A stretch of DNA of 16,203 nucleotides from a virus (taxonomy: Duplodnaviria; Heunggongvirae; Uroviricota; Caudoviricetes): positions 1 to 16,203 of the IMG/VR virus record IMGVR_UViG_2547132271_000008; one strand, written 5' to 3'. The notes under the pieces are model-generated. The model made no database searches. It was not told the DNA's origin and saw nothing but the letters and a program-made list of their open reading frames with translations. Shown here piece after piece: positions 7,801 through 15,150 of the stretch (positions within the stretch are counted from its first letter, which is position 1; each line of letters begins with the position of its first letter). The position numbers were made by a program, and so were the translations under genes.

Positions 7801-8422
7801 ATCGATTTACAGAAACCACAGATATGAGGGCTTAAACGTGGGTAAAGAACCTGAATGGAAAGTTGATAAGCAACCAGCATGGCTGGTGGCAGCAATACGA
7901 AGAACGATTGCTGATTTACCTCATGGCTATGAGGAAGCAGCAGAAATTCTTGGTTTGTATAAATCTGATGATATCACCCCAGCAAAAGATCAATTGCATA
8001 ACAGACTGCGTAGCGGTGGGGATCAAATTTTTCCACTTGAGTGGGCCATGGTTTTACAGGATGCCAGTGGTACCAGGCATGTAACGGATGCAATAGCCCG
8101 TCGTAGTAATGGGGTGTTTGTGCCGCTGGTGGTCATTGATGACATTGACAATGGTGACATTAATCAGCGGCTGATGGAGTCAATAGAATGGATTGGCAAG
8201 CATTCCCAGTACTTACGCAAGGCAACTGCTGATGGAGTTATTGACCAAGCTGAGCGTGAGCAAATCGAAGAGAACAGCTACCAAGTAATGGCGAAGTGGC
8301 AGGAGCATTTAACACTGTTATTTCGTGTTTTTTGTGCGCCGGAAAAGAGTAACGCCCGCGAGTGTGCAGCTCCGGGCGTCGTGGCGTCGATTGCTTCTGG
8401 TTGTGGAGAAACTAACGCATGA
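7781..8422 (+). CDS. early regulatory protein, CII-like/YmfL-like (tentative)
   Basis: Second rightward gene, the cII position. Start uncertain: GTG 7724, ATG 7781 or ATG 7793, none with a clear SD, and it overlaps the cro 3' end. About 213 aa from 7781. Family call tentative. Confidence 0.45.
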   Translation: MKNLMDKSIYRNHRYEGLNVGKEPEWKVDKQPAWLVAAIRRTIADLPHGYEEAAEILGLYKSDDITPAKDQLHNRLRSGGDQIFPLEWAMVLQDASGTRHVTDAIARRSNGVFVPLVVIDDIDNGDINQRLMESIEWIGKHSQYLRKATADGVIDQAEREQIEENSYQVMAKWQEHLTLLFRVFCAPEKSNARECAAPGVVASIASGCGETNA

Positions 8423-8757
8423 ACAGTTTAACAACACACTACCGTCGTTCGCAACTGATTGCGCTTCCTGTACCGGGTGGAAAAGCGAAGGTGGAATATT
8501 GCTATGCAGTGAATGTACCAGGTGACAGGGAAATTGTAACCCACAGCTTTGCAGAGTGGGCTGTGGGTGATTTCAACCGGCAGAAGGAGACAGTCCTTTG
8601 CGACAAGTTAACCGCTGGTTCAAAGATCACTACGGAGTGCCCGTCAGAGTCATTCGTTGGGAGCCGGAAACACAACGGGTTATCTACCTCCGTGAAGGCT
8701 ATGAACATGAGTGCTTCAGCCCGCTCGAACAGTTTCGTCGTAAATTCAGGGAAATAG
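8419..8757 (+). CDS. hypothetical protein (YmfM-like by size/position); C-terminal half may be out of frame
   Basis: ATGA-coupled to the upstream gene and ends 10 nt before the O-like gene. After about codon 60 the composition turns Ser-rich with rare codons (TCA, GGG, CGG, TTA), while the overlapping frame looks more coding. Confidence 0.35.
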   Translation: MNSLTTHYRRSQLIALPVPGGKAKVEYCYAVNVPGDREIVTHSFAEWAVGDFNRQKETVLCDKLTAGSKITTECPSESFVGSRKHNGLSTSVKAMNMSASARSNSFVVNSGK

Positions 8758-8810
8758 AGGTCGGTCATGAGCCTGTTAATGACATCCCAGCCCATTGTGA
8801 TAAATCGTGA
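8598..8810 (+). CDS. alternative-frame ORF with TTG start and strong SD (possible real overlapping gene or 3' part of a frameshifted gene)
   Basis: AAGGAGA (8584-8590) lies 7 nt before TTG 8598. The 70-aa product ([40 protein letters not shown]...) has a globular-looking composition and preferred E. coli codons. It overlaps the O-like gene start by 44 nt. Confidence 0.3.
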   Translation: MRQVNRWFKDHYGVPVRVIRWEPETQRVIYLREGYEHECFSPLEQFRRKFREIEVGHEPVNDIPAHCDKS

Positions 8811-9759
8811 TCTTGCATGCCGTATTGGTCTGAATGAGGCAATTGTGTTGCAGCAGCTTCATTACTGGCTGAATGAAACGAATTCCGGCACTGAGCATGG
8901 CGGAATTCGCTGGGTTTATAACACGACAGAACAGTGGCTGGAGCAGTTTCCGTTCTGGTCAGAGTCCACTCTGAAACGCACATTTGCAAGCCTGAAATCA
9001 CTTGGGGTTTTGCGTCGCGAGCAACTCAATAAATCGAAGCGTGACATGACCAACTTCTACACGATCAACTATGAAAGTGAGCTTCTAGAAGAGGTCAAAG
9101 TGAACGAATCCATCAGGTCAAAATGCACTTCTCCATCGGGTCAAAGTGACCTGATGGATGGGCGCAAAATGACACGATCCATTGGTTCAAAACGACACGC
9201 TGTCATCGGGTCAAAATGGCCCAATGATCTTACAGAGAATACAACAGAGATTACTACAGAGAATAAAACCTCTTCTCGTCCGGACGCTTCGCAACCGGAC
9301 ACGCAGATGGCTGAACAGGATTTTTTAACTCGCCATCCTGATGCGGTTGTATTCAGCCCTAAAAAGCGCCAGTGGGGAACGCAGGATGATTTGACCTGCG
9401 CACAGTGGCTCTGGAAAAAAATCATCGCTCTGTACGAGCAGGCCGCCGAATGTGACGGCGAAGTGGTACGTCCTAAAGAACCGAACTGGACAGCCTGGGC
9501 AAACGAAATTCGCCTGATGTGTGTACAGGATGGGCGTACTCACAAACAAATCTGCGAGATGTACAGCCGCGTCAGCCGCGATCCGTTCTGGTGCCGTAAC
9601 GTGCTCAGCCCGTCGAAGCTGCGGGAAAAATGGGATGAGCTTTCCCTGCGCTTATCGCCGTCCGTCAGCACGCACACAGAAAAACGCGAAGACCCGTACT
9701 TCAAAGCCAGTTACGACAATGTGGACTACAGCCAGATCCCGGCAGGATTCAGGGGGTGA
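8767..9759 (+). CDS. phage replication initiation protein (lambda O-like replisome organizer)
   Basis: N-terminal [27 protein letters not shown]...WVYNTTEQWLEQFPFWSESTLKR resembles the replisome-organizer N-domain. Iterons lie inside the gene, as in lambda O. Sits in the canonical position after the cII-like gene. Confidence 0.7.
   Translation: MSLLMTSQPIVINRDLACRIGLNEAIVLQQLHYWLNETNSGTEHGGIRWVYNTTEQWLEQFPFWSESTLKRTFASLKSLGVLRREQLNKSKRDMTNFYTINYESELLEEVKVNESIRSKCTSPSGQSDLMDGRKMTRSIGSKRHAVIGSKWPNDLTENTTEITTENKTSSRPDASQPDTQMAEQDFLTRHPDAVVFSPKKRQWGTQDDLTCAQWLWKKIIALYEQAAECDGEVVRPKEPNWTAWANEIRLMCVQDGRTHKQICEMYSRVSRDPFWCRNVLSPSKLREKWDELSLRLSPSVSTHTEKREDPYFKASYDNVDYSQIPAGFRG
9091..9270. repeat. 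origin-like iteron array (six ~23-bp-spaced GGTCAAARTG repeats) followed by an AT-rich ACAGAGA triple repeat
   Basis: Read directly: iteron cores at about 9093, 9116, 9139, 9162 (degenerate GCGCAAAATGA), 9185 (GGTTCAAAACGA) and 9209. Then ACAGAGA at 9233, 9244 and 9256 in an AT-rich stretch. Confidence 0.6.
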
Positions 9760-9761
9760 TC

Positions 9762-10250
9762 ATGAGTCTTTTGAATGAAGCTCAGAAATTCATTGAAGCC
9801 CATCCGGGGTGTACTTCCGGAGACATTGCGGATGCTTTTGCAGGTTACTCACGGCAGCGCGTTCTGCAGTCAGCAAGCAAGTTACGTCAGAGTGGGCGTG
9901 TGGCTCACCGTTGTGAAGGAGATACACGCAGACATTTCCCACGCCTGACTGAGAGAGCGCAGGAGCCGGAACCACAACCAGTTCGTGAAACCAGACCTGT
10001 GCGCAATTTCTATGTCGGCACTAACGATCCCCGGGTGATTTTGTGCCTGACCCGCCAGGCTGAAGAACTGGAGTCCAAGGGCTTATACCGTCGTGCTGCA
10101 ACCGTGTGGATGGCGGCATTCCGTGAAAGCCACTCCCAGTCAGAACGAAACAATTTTCTGGCGCGCCGTGAGCGGTGCTTACGGAAAAGCAGCAAGCGCG
10201 CTGCATCGGGTGAAGAGTGGTATCTGTCAGGGAATTACGTGGGGGCTTAA
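9762..10250 (+). CDS. PerC-like transcriptional regulator (tentative)
   Basis: AGGGGG SD 5 nt before ATG 9762. C-terminal LESKGLYRRAATVWMAAFRES...RRERCLRK resembles the PerC/Pch core as I recall it. TAATG overlap with the next gene. Confidence 0.4.
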   Translation: MSLLNEAQKFIEAHPGCTSGDIADAFAGYSRQRVLQSASKLRQSGRVAHRCEGDTRRHFPRLTERAQEPEPQPVRETRPVRNFYVGTNDPRVILCLTRQAEELESKGLYRRAATVWMAAFRESHSQSERNNFLARRERCLRKSSKRAASGEEWYLSGNYVGA

Positions 10251-10903
10251 TGAGTAATAAATATTGCCAGGCGCTGGTGGAACTGCGGAACAAACCAGCC
10301 CATGAACTGAAGGAAGTGGGCGATCAGTGGCGCACGCCGGACAACATTTTCTGGGGAATTAACACCCTGTTTGGCCCGTTTGTTCTGGATCTGTTCACTG
10401 ACGGTGATAACGCCAAATGTGCCGCGTATTACACGGCGGAAGATAACGCGCTGGCGCATGACTGGTCAGAACGTCTTGCGGAGCTTAAAGGTGCTGCCTT
10501 TGGTAATCCCCCATACAGCCGCGCCAGTCAGCATGAGGGGCAATACATCACCGGCATGCGTTACATCATGAAACATGCCAGTGCCATGCGTGATAAGGGC
10601 GGGCGCTATGTTTTCCTGATCAAAGCTGCCACCAGCGAAGTGTGGTGGCCGGAAGATGCGGACCATATTGCTTTTATTCGCGGGCGTATTGGTTTTGAAC
10701 TGCCTGCCTGGTTTATCCCGAAGGATGAGAAGCAGGTGCCGACAGGAGCTTTCTTCGCTGGTGCTATTGCTGTTTTCGACAAGACCTGGAAGGGACCGGC
10801 AATCAGCTACATCGGGCGCGATGAACTTGAGGCATGTGGTGAAGCCTTTCTGGTGCAGGTTCGCCAGCAGGCGGAAAAACTGGTCAGGGAGATGGCAGCA
10901 TGA
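10250..10903 (+). CDS. phage Dam-type N6-adenine DNA methyltransferase
   Basis: Catalytic NPPY motif (AAFGNPPYSR) and the N-terminal KYCQALVE...WRTPDNIF pattern of small phage Dam-family methylases. Coupled to neighbours (TAATG and ATGA). Confidence 0.7.
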   Translation: MSNKYCQALVELRNKPAHELKEVGDQWRTPDNIFWGINTLFGPFVLDLFTDGDNAKCAAYYTAEDNALAHDWSERLAELKGAAFGNPPYSRASQHEGQYITGMRYIMKHASAMRDKGGRYVFLIKAATSEVWWPEDADHIAFIRGRIGFELPAWFIPKDEKQVPTGAFFAGAIAVFDKTWKGPAISYIGRDELEACGEAFLVQVRQQAEKLVREMAA

Positions 10904-11226
10904 CGACGTTAACTCAATGCCAGCAGCAGGTGCTGGATATGCTGATTTCTTACCAGAAAGAACGTGGCTTCCCGCCAACCAATCAGGAGGTGGCAACCAT
11001 GCTGGGATACCGTTCAGTGAATGCAGCGGTGGAGCATCTTCGCGCACTGGAGAAAAAAGGCGTCATTACGATAAAGCGTGGCGTGGCCCGGGGGATAACG
11101 CTTCATACCGCAGTGAAGGACGACGACAGAGAGGCGGTCGGGATTATCCGCTCACTGCTTGCCGGTGAGGAAAACGCAAGGCTGCGTGCAACCCACTGGT
11201 TACATGAGAGGGACCTGAAAGTATGA
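10900..11226 (+). CDS. LexA N-terminal DNA-binding-domain-like protein lacking the S24 peptidase domain
   Basis: MTTLTQCQQQVLDMLISYQKERGFPPTNQEVATMLGYRSVNAAVEHLRALEKKGVITIKRGVARGITL aligns by eye with E. coli LexA residues 1-70. Only about 38 further residues follow, with no Ser/Lys catalytic domain. Confidence 0.65.
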   Translation: MTTLTQCQQQVLDMLISYQKERGFPPTNQEVATMLGYRSVNAAVEHLRALEKKGVITIKRGVARGITLHTAVKDDDREAVGIIRSLLAGEENARLRATHWLHERDLKV

Positions 11227-11612
11227 AGCTGATCCTGCCTTTTCCGCCCAGCGTGAACACGTACTGGCGACATCCCAACAAAGGGGCGTTTGCTGGTAAG
11301 AGCCTGATAAGCGCGGCGGGGCGAAAATTCCAGAGCGCGGCGTGCGCAGCAATAGTTGAGCAGTTACGTCGTCTGCCAAAACCAACGTCGGCACCTGCTT
11401 CAGTGGAGATCGTGTTGTTTCCTCCGGATAACCGGATCCGCGATCTGGACAACTATAACAAGGCGCTGTTTGACGCCCTGACCCACGCGGGTGTGTGGGA
11501 AGACGACAGTCAGGTGAAAAGAATGCTGGTGGAGTGGGGACCGGTTATCCCGGAAGGGAAGGTCGAGATCACCATCAGTAAGTACGAGAAAACGGCGGGT
11601 GCAGCCGCCTGA
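11223..11612 (+). CDS. rusA: RusA Holliday-junction resolvase
   Basis: 129 aa. N-terminal LPFPPSVNTYWR and the acidic catalytic region (IRDLDNYNKALFDALTHAGVWEDDSQV) are typical of RusA. ATGA overlap with the upstream gene. Confidence 0.85.
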   Translation: MKLILPFPPSVNTYWRHPNKGAFAGKSLISAAGRKFQSAACAAIVEQLRRLPKPTSAPASVEIVLFPPDNRIRDLDNYNKALFDALTHAGVWEDDSQVKRMLVEWGPVIPEGKVEITISKYEKTAGAAA

Positions 11613-11631
11613 TCAAGAGGAGAAACGAAGT

Positions 11632-12441
11632 ATGAATAATCTGATGGTCATTGATGGTATTGAAGTTCGTCGTGATGCTTATGGGCGTTACAGCCTGAAC
11701 GATCTGCACAGGGCTGCCGGGGGAGAACAAAAAAACCGCCCGAAATACTGGCTCTCCAATAAGCAAACCTGTGAATTGATTGAACAACTTTTCACCGAGG
11801 GTGGAATTCCGCCTCTGGAACAAAATCAACCAGTTAGCGTCATTAATGGCGGAAATAACCAGGGGACGTATGTCTGCAAAGAACTGGTGTATGCCTATGC
11901 AATGTGGATCAGCCCGTCATTCCATCTGAAGGTGATCCGTACTTTCGACATGGTAACCAGCGCACCGGAAAAATTATCCGGACAGGCTGCTGACAAGATG
12001 CAGGCTGGCGTGATCCTGCTGGACTTTATGCGCCGGGAATTAAATCTGTCTAACTCATCAGTGCTTGGAGCCTGTCAGAAGCTTCAGGAGGCTGTTGGCT
12101 TACCGAATCTGGCACCGCGCTATGCCATTGATGCTCCTGCTGACGCGCCTGATGGCTCAAGTCGCCCCACGCTGTCGCTGAGTGCACTGCTGAAGCAGTA
12201 TGGTATCCGCCTGACAGCTAATCAGGCATATCACCAGATGGCGAAGCTGGGGATCGTTGAACAACGTGAACGATACAGCCGCACTGCGATTAACAACATC
12301 AAAAAATTCTGGTCGCTGACAGCGAAAGGCTGCATGTTCGGCAAAAACATCACCAGTCCCGCAAATCCGCGCGAGACGCAGCCGCATTTCTTCGAATCCC
12401 GATTCCCTGAGCTGTTAAAGCTGCTCGATACCGTTCATTGA
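11632..12441 (+). CDS. KilA-N domain protein (anti-repressor/Bro-type)
   Basis: Start at MNNLMVIDG with GAGGAG upstream. N-terminal YSLNDLHRAAGG...RPKYWLSNKQTCELI matches the KilA-N signature. Confidence 0.65.
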   Translation: MNNLMVIDGIEVRRDAYGRYSLNDLHRAAGGEQKNRPKYWLSNKQTCELIEQLFTEGGIPPLEQNQPVSVINGGNNQGTYVCKELVYAYAMWISPSFHLKVIRTFDMVTSAPEKLSGQAADKMQAGVILLDFMRRELNLSNSSVLGACQKLQEAVGLPNLAPRYAIDAPADAPDGSSRPTLSLSALLKQYGIRLTANQAYHQMAKLGIVEQRERYSRTAINNIKKFWSLTAKGCMFGKNITSPANPRETQPHFFESRFPELLKLLDTVH

Positions 12442-12442
12442 G

Positions 12443-13438
12443 GTGACCGTGAGAGCACTACTGACCCCTGAAATTGCCCCGCGTATGGGGATCGTATTGT
12501 TCAGGCCAGGTTCAGAGCTGATGCCCCTGTTTATGCAGGGGCGTGTTCTGCTGGAGCCTGAGCCGGAACGTTACTCATCTTTCGCCAGTGGTGCCGTTCC
12601 GGCGGCATCACAACCGCTGGCGGATGATCCTGCCGTTCGGGCCGTGTTCCGCAATGAGGCAGTGATCCGTCGTGCTGGTGGCGTGGAATGTCTTGAAAGC
12701 TGGTTACTTCGTGAAAAAGGCTGCCAGTGGCCTCATTCCGACTGGCACAGCGAGAACATGACCACAATGCGACACGCTCCGGGTGCAATCCGTCTGTGCT
12801 GGCACTGCGATAACCAGCTGCGCGATCAGTTCACGGAACGGCTGGAATCAATGGCAACGGATAACTGTGCCCGCTGGGTGTTGTCTGTTGTGCGTCGGGA
12901 TCTCGGTTTTGATGATAGTCACGTTGTGACAATGCCGGAACTGTGCTGGTGGCTGATTCGTAATGATCTGGCGGATGCCTTACCGGAAAGTGCAGCCCGT
13001 AAGGCACTGAGATTACCGAAGCCTGTTGTGCCGTCTGTTACCCGGGAAAGTGACCTTGTGCCTTCGGTTCCTGCCACCAGCATCATCCAGGATAAAGTGA
13101 AAAAGGTGCTGGCGCTGAAAGTGGATCCGGAGTCGCCGGAGTCTTTTATGTTACGCCCAAAACGTCGCCGCTGGGTTAATGAAAAGTACACGCGCTGGGT
13201 TAAGACACAGCCGTGTGCATGTTGTGGTAAGCCTGCTGATGATCCCCACCACCTGATAGGTCACGGTCAGGGTGGAATGGCTACAAAAGCGCATGACCTC
13301 TTTGTGTTGCCTTTGTGCAGAAAGCATCACGACGAGCTGCATGCGGATACCGTGGCATTTGAAGAGAAGTATGGCTCCCAGCTGGAGCTGATATTTCGTT
13401 TTATCGATCGTGCGCTGGCAATAGGCGTGCTGGCCTGA
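12443..13438 (+). CDS. DUF968-type protein with C-terminal Cys/His (HNH-like) motif, NinG/YdfU-like
   Basis: C-terminal CACCGKPADDPHHLIGHGQGG...PLCRKHHDELH cluster. Exact start uncertain among GTG 12443, GTG 12449 and ATG 12485. Sits in the nin-region position before Q. Confidence 0.55.
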   Translation: MTVRALLTPEIAPRMGIVLFRPGSELMPLFMQGRVLLEPEPERYSSFASGAVPAASQPLADDPAVRAVFRNEAVIRRAGGVECLESWLLREKGCQWPHSDWHSENMTTMRHAPGAIRLCWHCDNQLRDQFTERLESMATDNCARWVLSVVRRDLGFDDSHVVTMPELCWWLIRNDLADALPESAARKALRLPKPVVPSVTRESDLVPSVPATSIIQDKVKKVLALKVDPESPESFMLRPKRRRWVNEKYTRWVKTQPCACCGKPADDPHHLIGHGQGGMATKAHDLFVLPLCRKHHDELHADTVAFEEKYGSQLELIFRFIDRALAIGVLA

Positions 13439-13455
13439 TTTTGTGGAGAAAGTTG

Positions 13456-13827
13456 ATGCGTGATATTCAAATGGTTCTTGAACGTTGGGGGGCATGGGTG
13501 GCAAATAATCACGAGGATGTGGAATGGTCATCTGTTGCTGCAGGTTTTAAGGGATTAATTCCTTCGAAAGTAAAATCCCGCCCGCAATGTAGCGATGACG
13601 ATGGCCTGATCATTAGCTCTGCGATGACAGTTCTTAAGAAAAAGGAACCGTATCAATACGAATTACTGGAAATGTATTATGTGTATGGGGTTACATTACG
13701 GGCGTTGGGGGTAAAACTGGGGATATCACTTAATCAGGTTGTTATCAGACTGCAGAAAGCTGAAGGGTTTATTGACGGTTGTCTGGCAATGTTGGGGGTA
13801 TCTTTAGAAATTGATTGTTACATATAG
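13456..13827 (+). CDS. late-gene antiterminator Q-like protein
   Basis: About 123 aa with GGAG SD 7 nt before ATG 13456. Last gene of the nin-type block after RusA and DUF968. Sequence (MRDIQMVLERWGAWVANNHEDVEW...YELLEMYYVYG) resembles the small Q family of phage 82/21-type phages. Confidence 0.65.
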   Translation: MRDIQMVLERWGAWVANNHEDVEWSSVAAGFKGLIPSKVKSRPQCSDDDGLIISSAMTVLKKKEPYQYELLEMYYVYGVTLRALGVKLGISLNQVVIRLQKAEGFIDGCLAMLGVSLEIDCYI

Positions 13828-13902
13828 TAATAAATTCAATCAAAGTAAATAATCATATTTTATTATAACCTCCTGATGATACCTGTTCATTGGGAGGTTA
13901 TT

Positions 13903-14520
13903 ATGGATAAAAATGTAGAGCATGTATTAGTTGATGCAATTGAAAATAAGCTATCTTTAACAGTCGTTTACTTAGGAGGGAGCCAGCCCGGAACATTAAG
14001 GAATATTTCTCCGATTAGTATAAATGGGGATAAATTGCGGGCAAGATGCCATAGTTCTGGAGCAGTAAAGGTTTTCAATCTTGGGAAAATACAGTTACCC
14101 AGTGACTCCTGCGCGGTATCTATGCACTATGGAGATTTAGAAGTTAAAGCTTATGAGACGATGCAGAGCGTAAATGACAACTTTCATGCCCTTTATCCTG
14201 AAGGACGATGGGGTGTTGATTTTAATGAGCATCGCTTTGCTTTATTTGATTTTTTTAAAAACGGGAAACGAAAAAAAACGGCATTTATGGCAATTGAGTT
14301 CAGGGAAAGAGATGAAGAGAAAATAATAACAGGTGTAACAATTGATATTGGTATATCTGGAACAGTGATTTCTGAGAAGTCCCGAATCCCAAAAAGACGA
14401 CCATGGGTAGTGGTTGGTCCCGAACACGGAGAATACAGTACTTATTCAACTTTGGACAAGGCTGCTACAGCGTTTTTTGAGAGGCTATCGTTGATAGCAT
14501 CCGGCCTGGAAGATAATTGA
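13903..14520 (+). CDS. hypothetical cargo protein of unknown function; N-terminal segment possibly WYL/SH3-like beta fold
   Basis: GGGAGG SD 5 nt before ATG 13903, 75 bp after Q. Visibly AT-rich compared with flanking phage genes. N-terminal LSLTVVYLGG...LRNISPISINGDKLRARC...KVFNLGKI loosely resembles a WYL-type motif; no confident family. Confidence 0.55.
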   Translation: MDKNVEHVLVDAIENKLSLTVVYLGGSQPGTLRNISPISINGDKLRARCHSSGAVKVFNLGKIQLPSDSCAVSMHYGDLEVKAYETMQSVNDNFHALYPEGRWGVDFNEHRFALFDFFKNGKRKKTAFMAIEFRERDEEKIITGVTIDIGISGTVISEKSRIPKRRPWVVVGPEHGEYSTYSTLDKAATAFFERLSLIASGLEDN

Positions 14521-14650
14521 TTTTATGTTTGGTATTCAGAGTTCGCCGTGCTTAAGAAAGTCAAGATTCTAAAAATACTGAATGAGCTACTTGTGTTATA
14601 ACAAAAATGCTATTAGTGTGTTAAGAGTGGTTACTTCGACACACAACTTA

Positions 14651-14675
14651 AACCCGCCACTGAGCGGGTTTTTTG
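14651..14675 (+). terminator. Rho-independent terminator
   Basis: Stem ACCCGC (14652-14657) / GCGGGT (14664-14669) with loop CACTGA, followed by TTTTTTG. About 130 bp downstream of the cargo gene. Confidence 0.6.
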
Positions 14676-14796
14676 TACCTGTAAACTTGGTGCAGTACAG
14701 TAAACACGCTGGTGGTCGTGAATACTGACTTTTTATCTTGCTGGCTTTTTAGACAAGAGTTATTGGTATGTCATGTTAACCAGAAGGGAAAAAGAC

Positions 14797-15000
14797 ATGC
14801 TAAAACAGCAAGATATGACAGAAACCGCCGCCGCAGTCCTTCATTTCTTACCTGCTGACAAGTGGGTAACGCCACGCATGATGACGAGAACTACCGGAGT
14901 AAGCGAAGCCCGGTGCCAGTTAATACTGACTCAGTTAGTTCTGGCGGGTCTGGCGAAGGATAACGGCGGGTACGGGAATAAATTCAGACGCTGCCAGTAA
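14797..15000 (+). CDS. small putative winged-helix DNA-binding protein (FaeA/PapI-like pattern, tentative)
   Basis: 67 aa from ATG 14797 with AAGGGA SD 7 nt upstream. Pattern AAAVLHFLPADKWVTPRMMTRTTGVSEARCQLILTQLVLAGLAK resembles small wHTH regulators. Lies 150 bp upstream of the methyltransferase. Confidence 0.35.
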   Translation: MLKQQDMTETAAAVLHFLPADKWVTPRMMTRTTGVSEARCQLILTQLVLAGLAKDNGGYGNKFRRCQ

Positions 15001-15150
15001 TGGCGGTTTCCTGCTGTGAAAATGGGCGGCTGGTGGGTGTTGGTAGCACCTGCCAGCCATTCGCTCATGCTTACTGGTCACAAGCGAACCACGGCCCACT
15101 GCTTTAGCGCAAAAGCAGAGTGAGCCTACCAGAGTTACGCTTACTGATCC

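Noticed and set aside
8581-8601. Programmed frameshift signal (SD followed by CTT-T, reminiscent of prfB)
   Set aside because: The geometry would give a +1 shift into a frame that hits a stop almost immediately; the SD with 7-nt spacing to TTG fits ordinary initiation better. Kept as a finding about overlapping ORFs instead.
10466-11168. Long ORFs 10466..11047 (-, 193 aa) and 10656..11168 (+, 170 aa)
   Set aside because: Antisense or alternative frames of the Dam-type methylase and LexA-like genes, which are translationally coupled and have recognisable motifs; the translations are Arg/Ser/Pro-rich.
13151-13531. 126-aa ORF on the - strand across the DUF968/Q junction
   Set aside because: Antisense to two coupled + strand genes; no SD and no recognisable features.
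14521-14772. tRNA genes downstream of Q, as seen in some lambdoid/Stx phages
   Set aside because: No cloverleaf-compatible sequence and no GGTTCGA-type T-arm motif found; only a terminator hairpin and AT-rich sequence.
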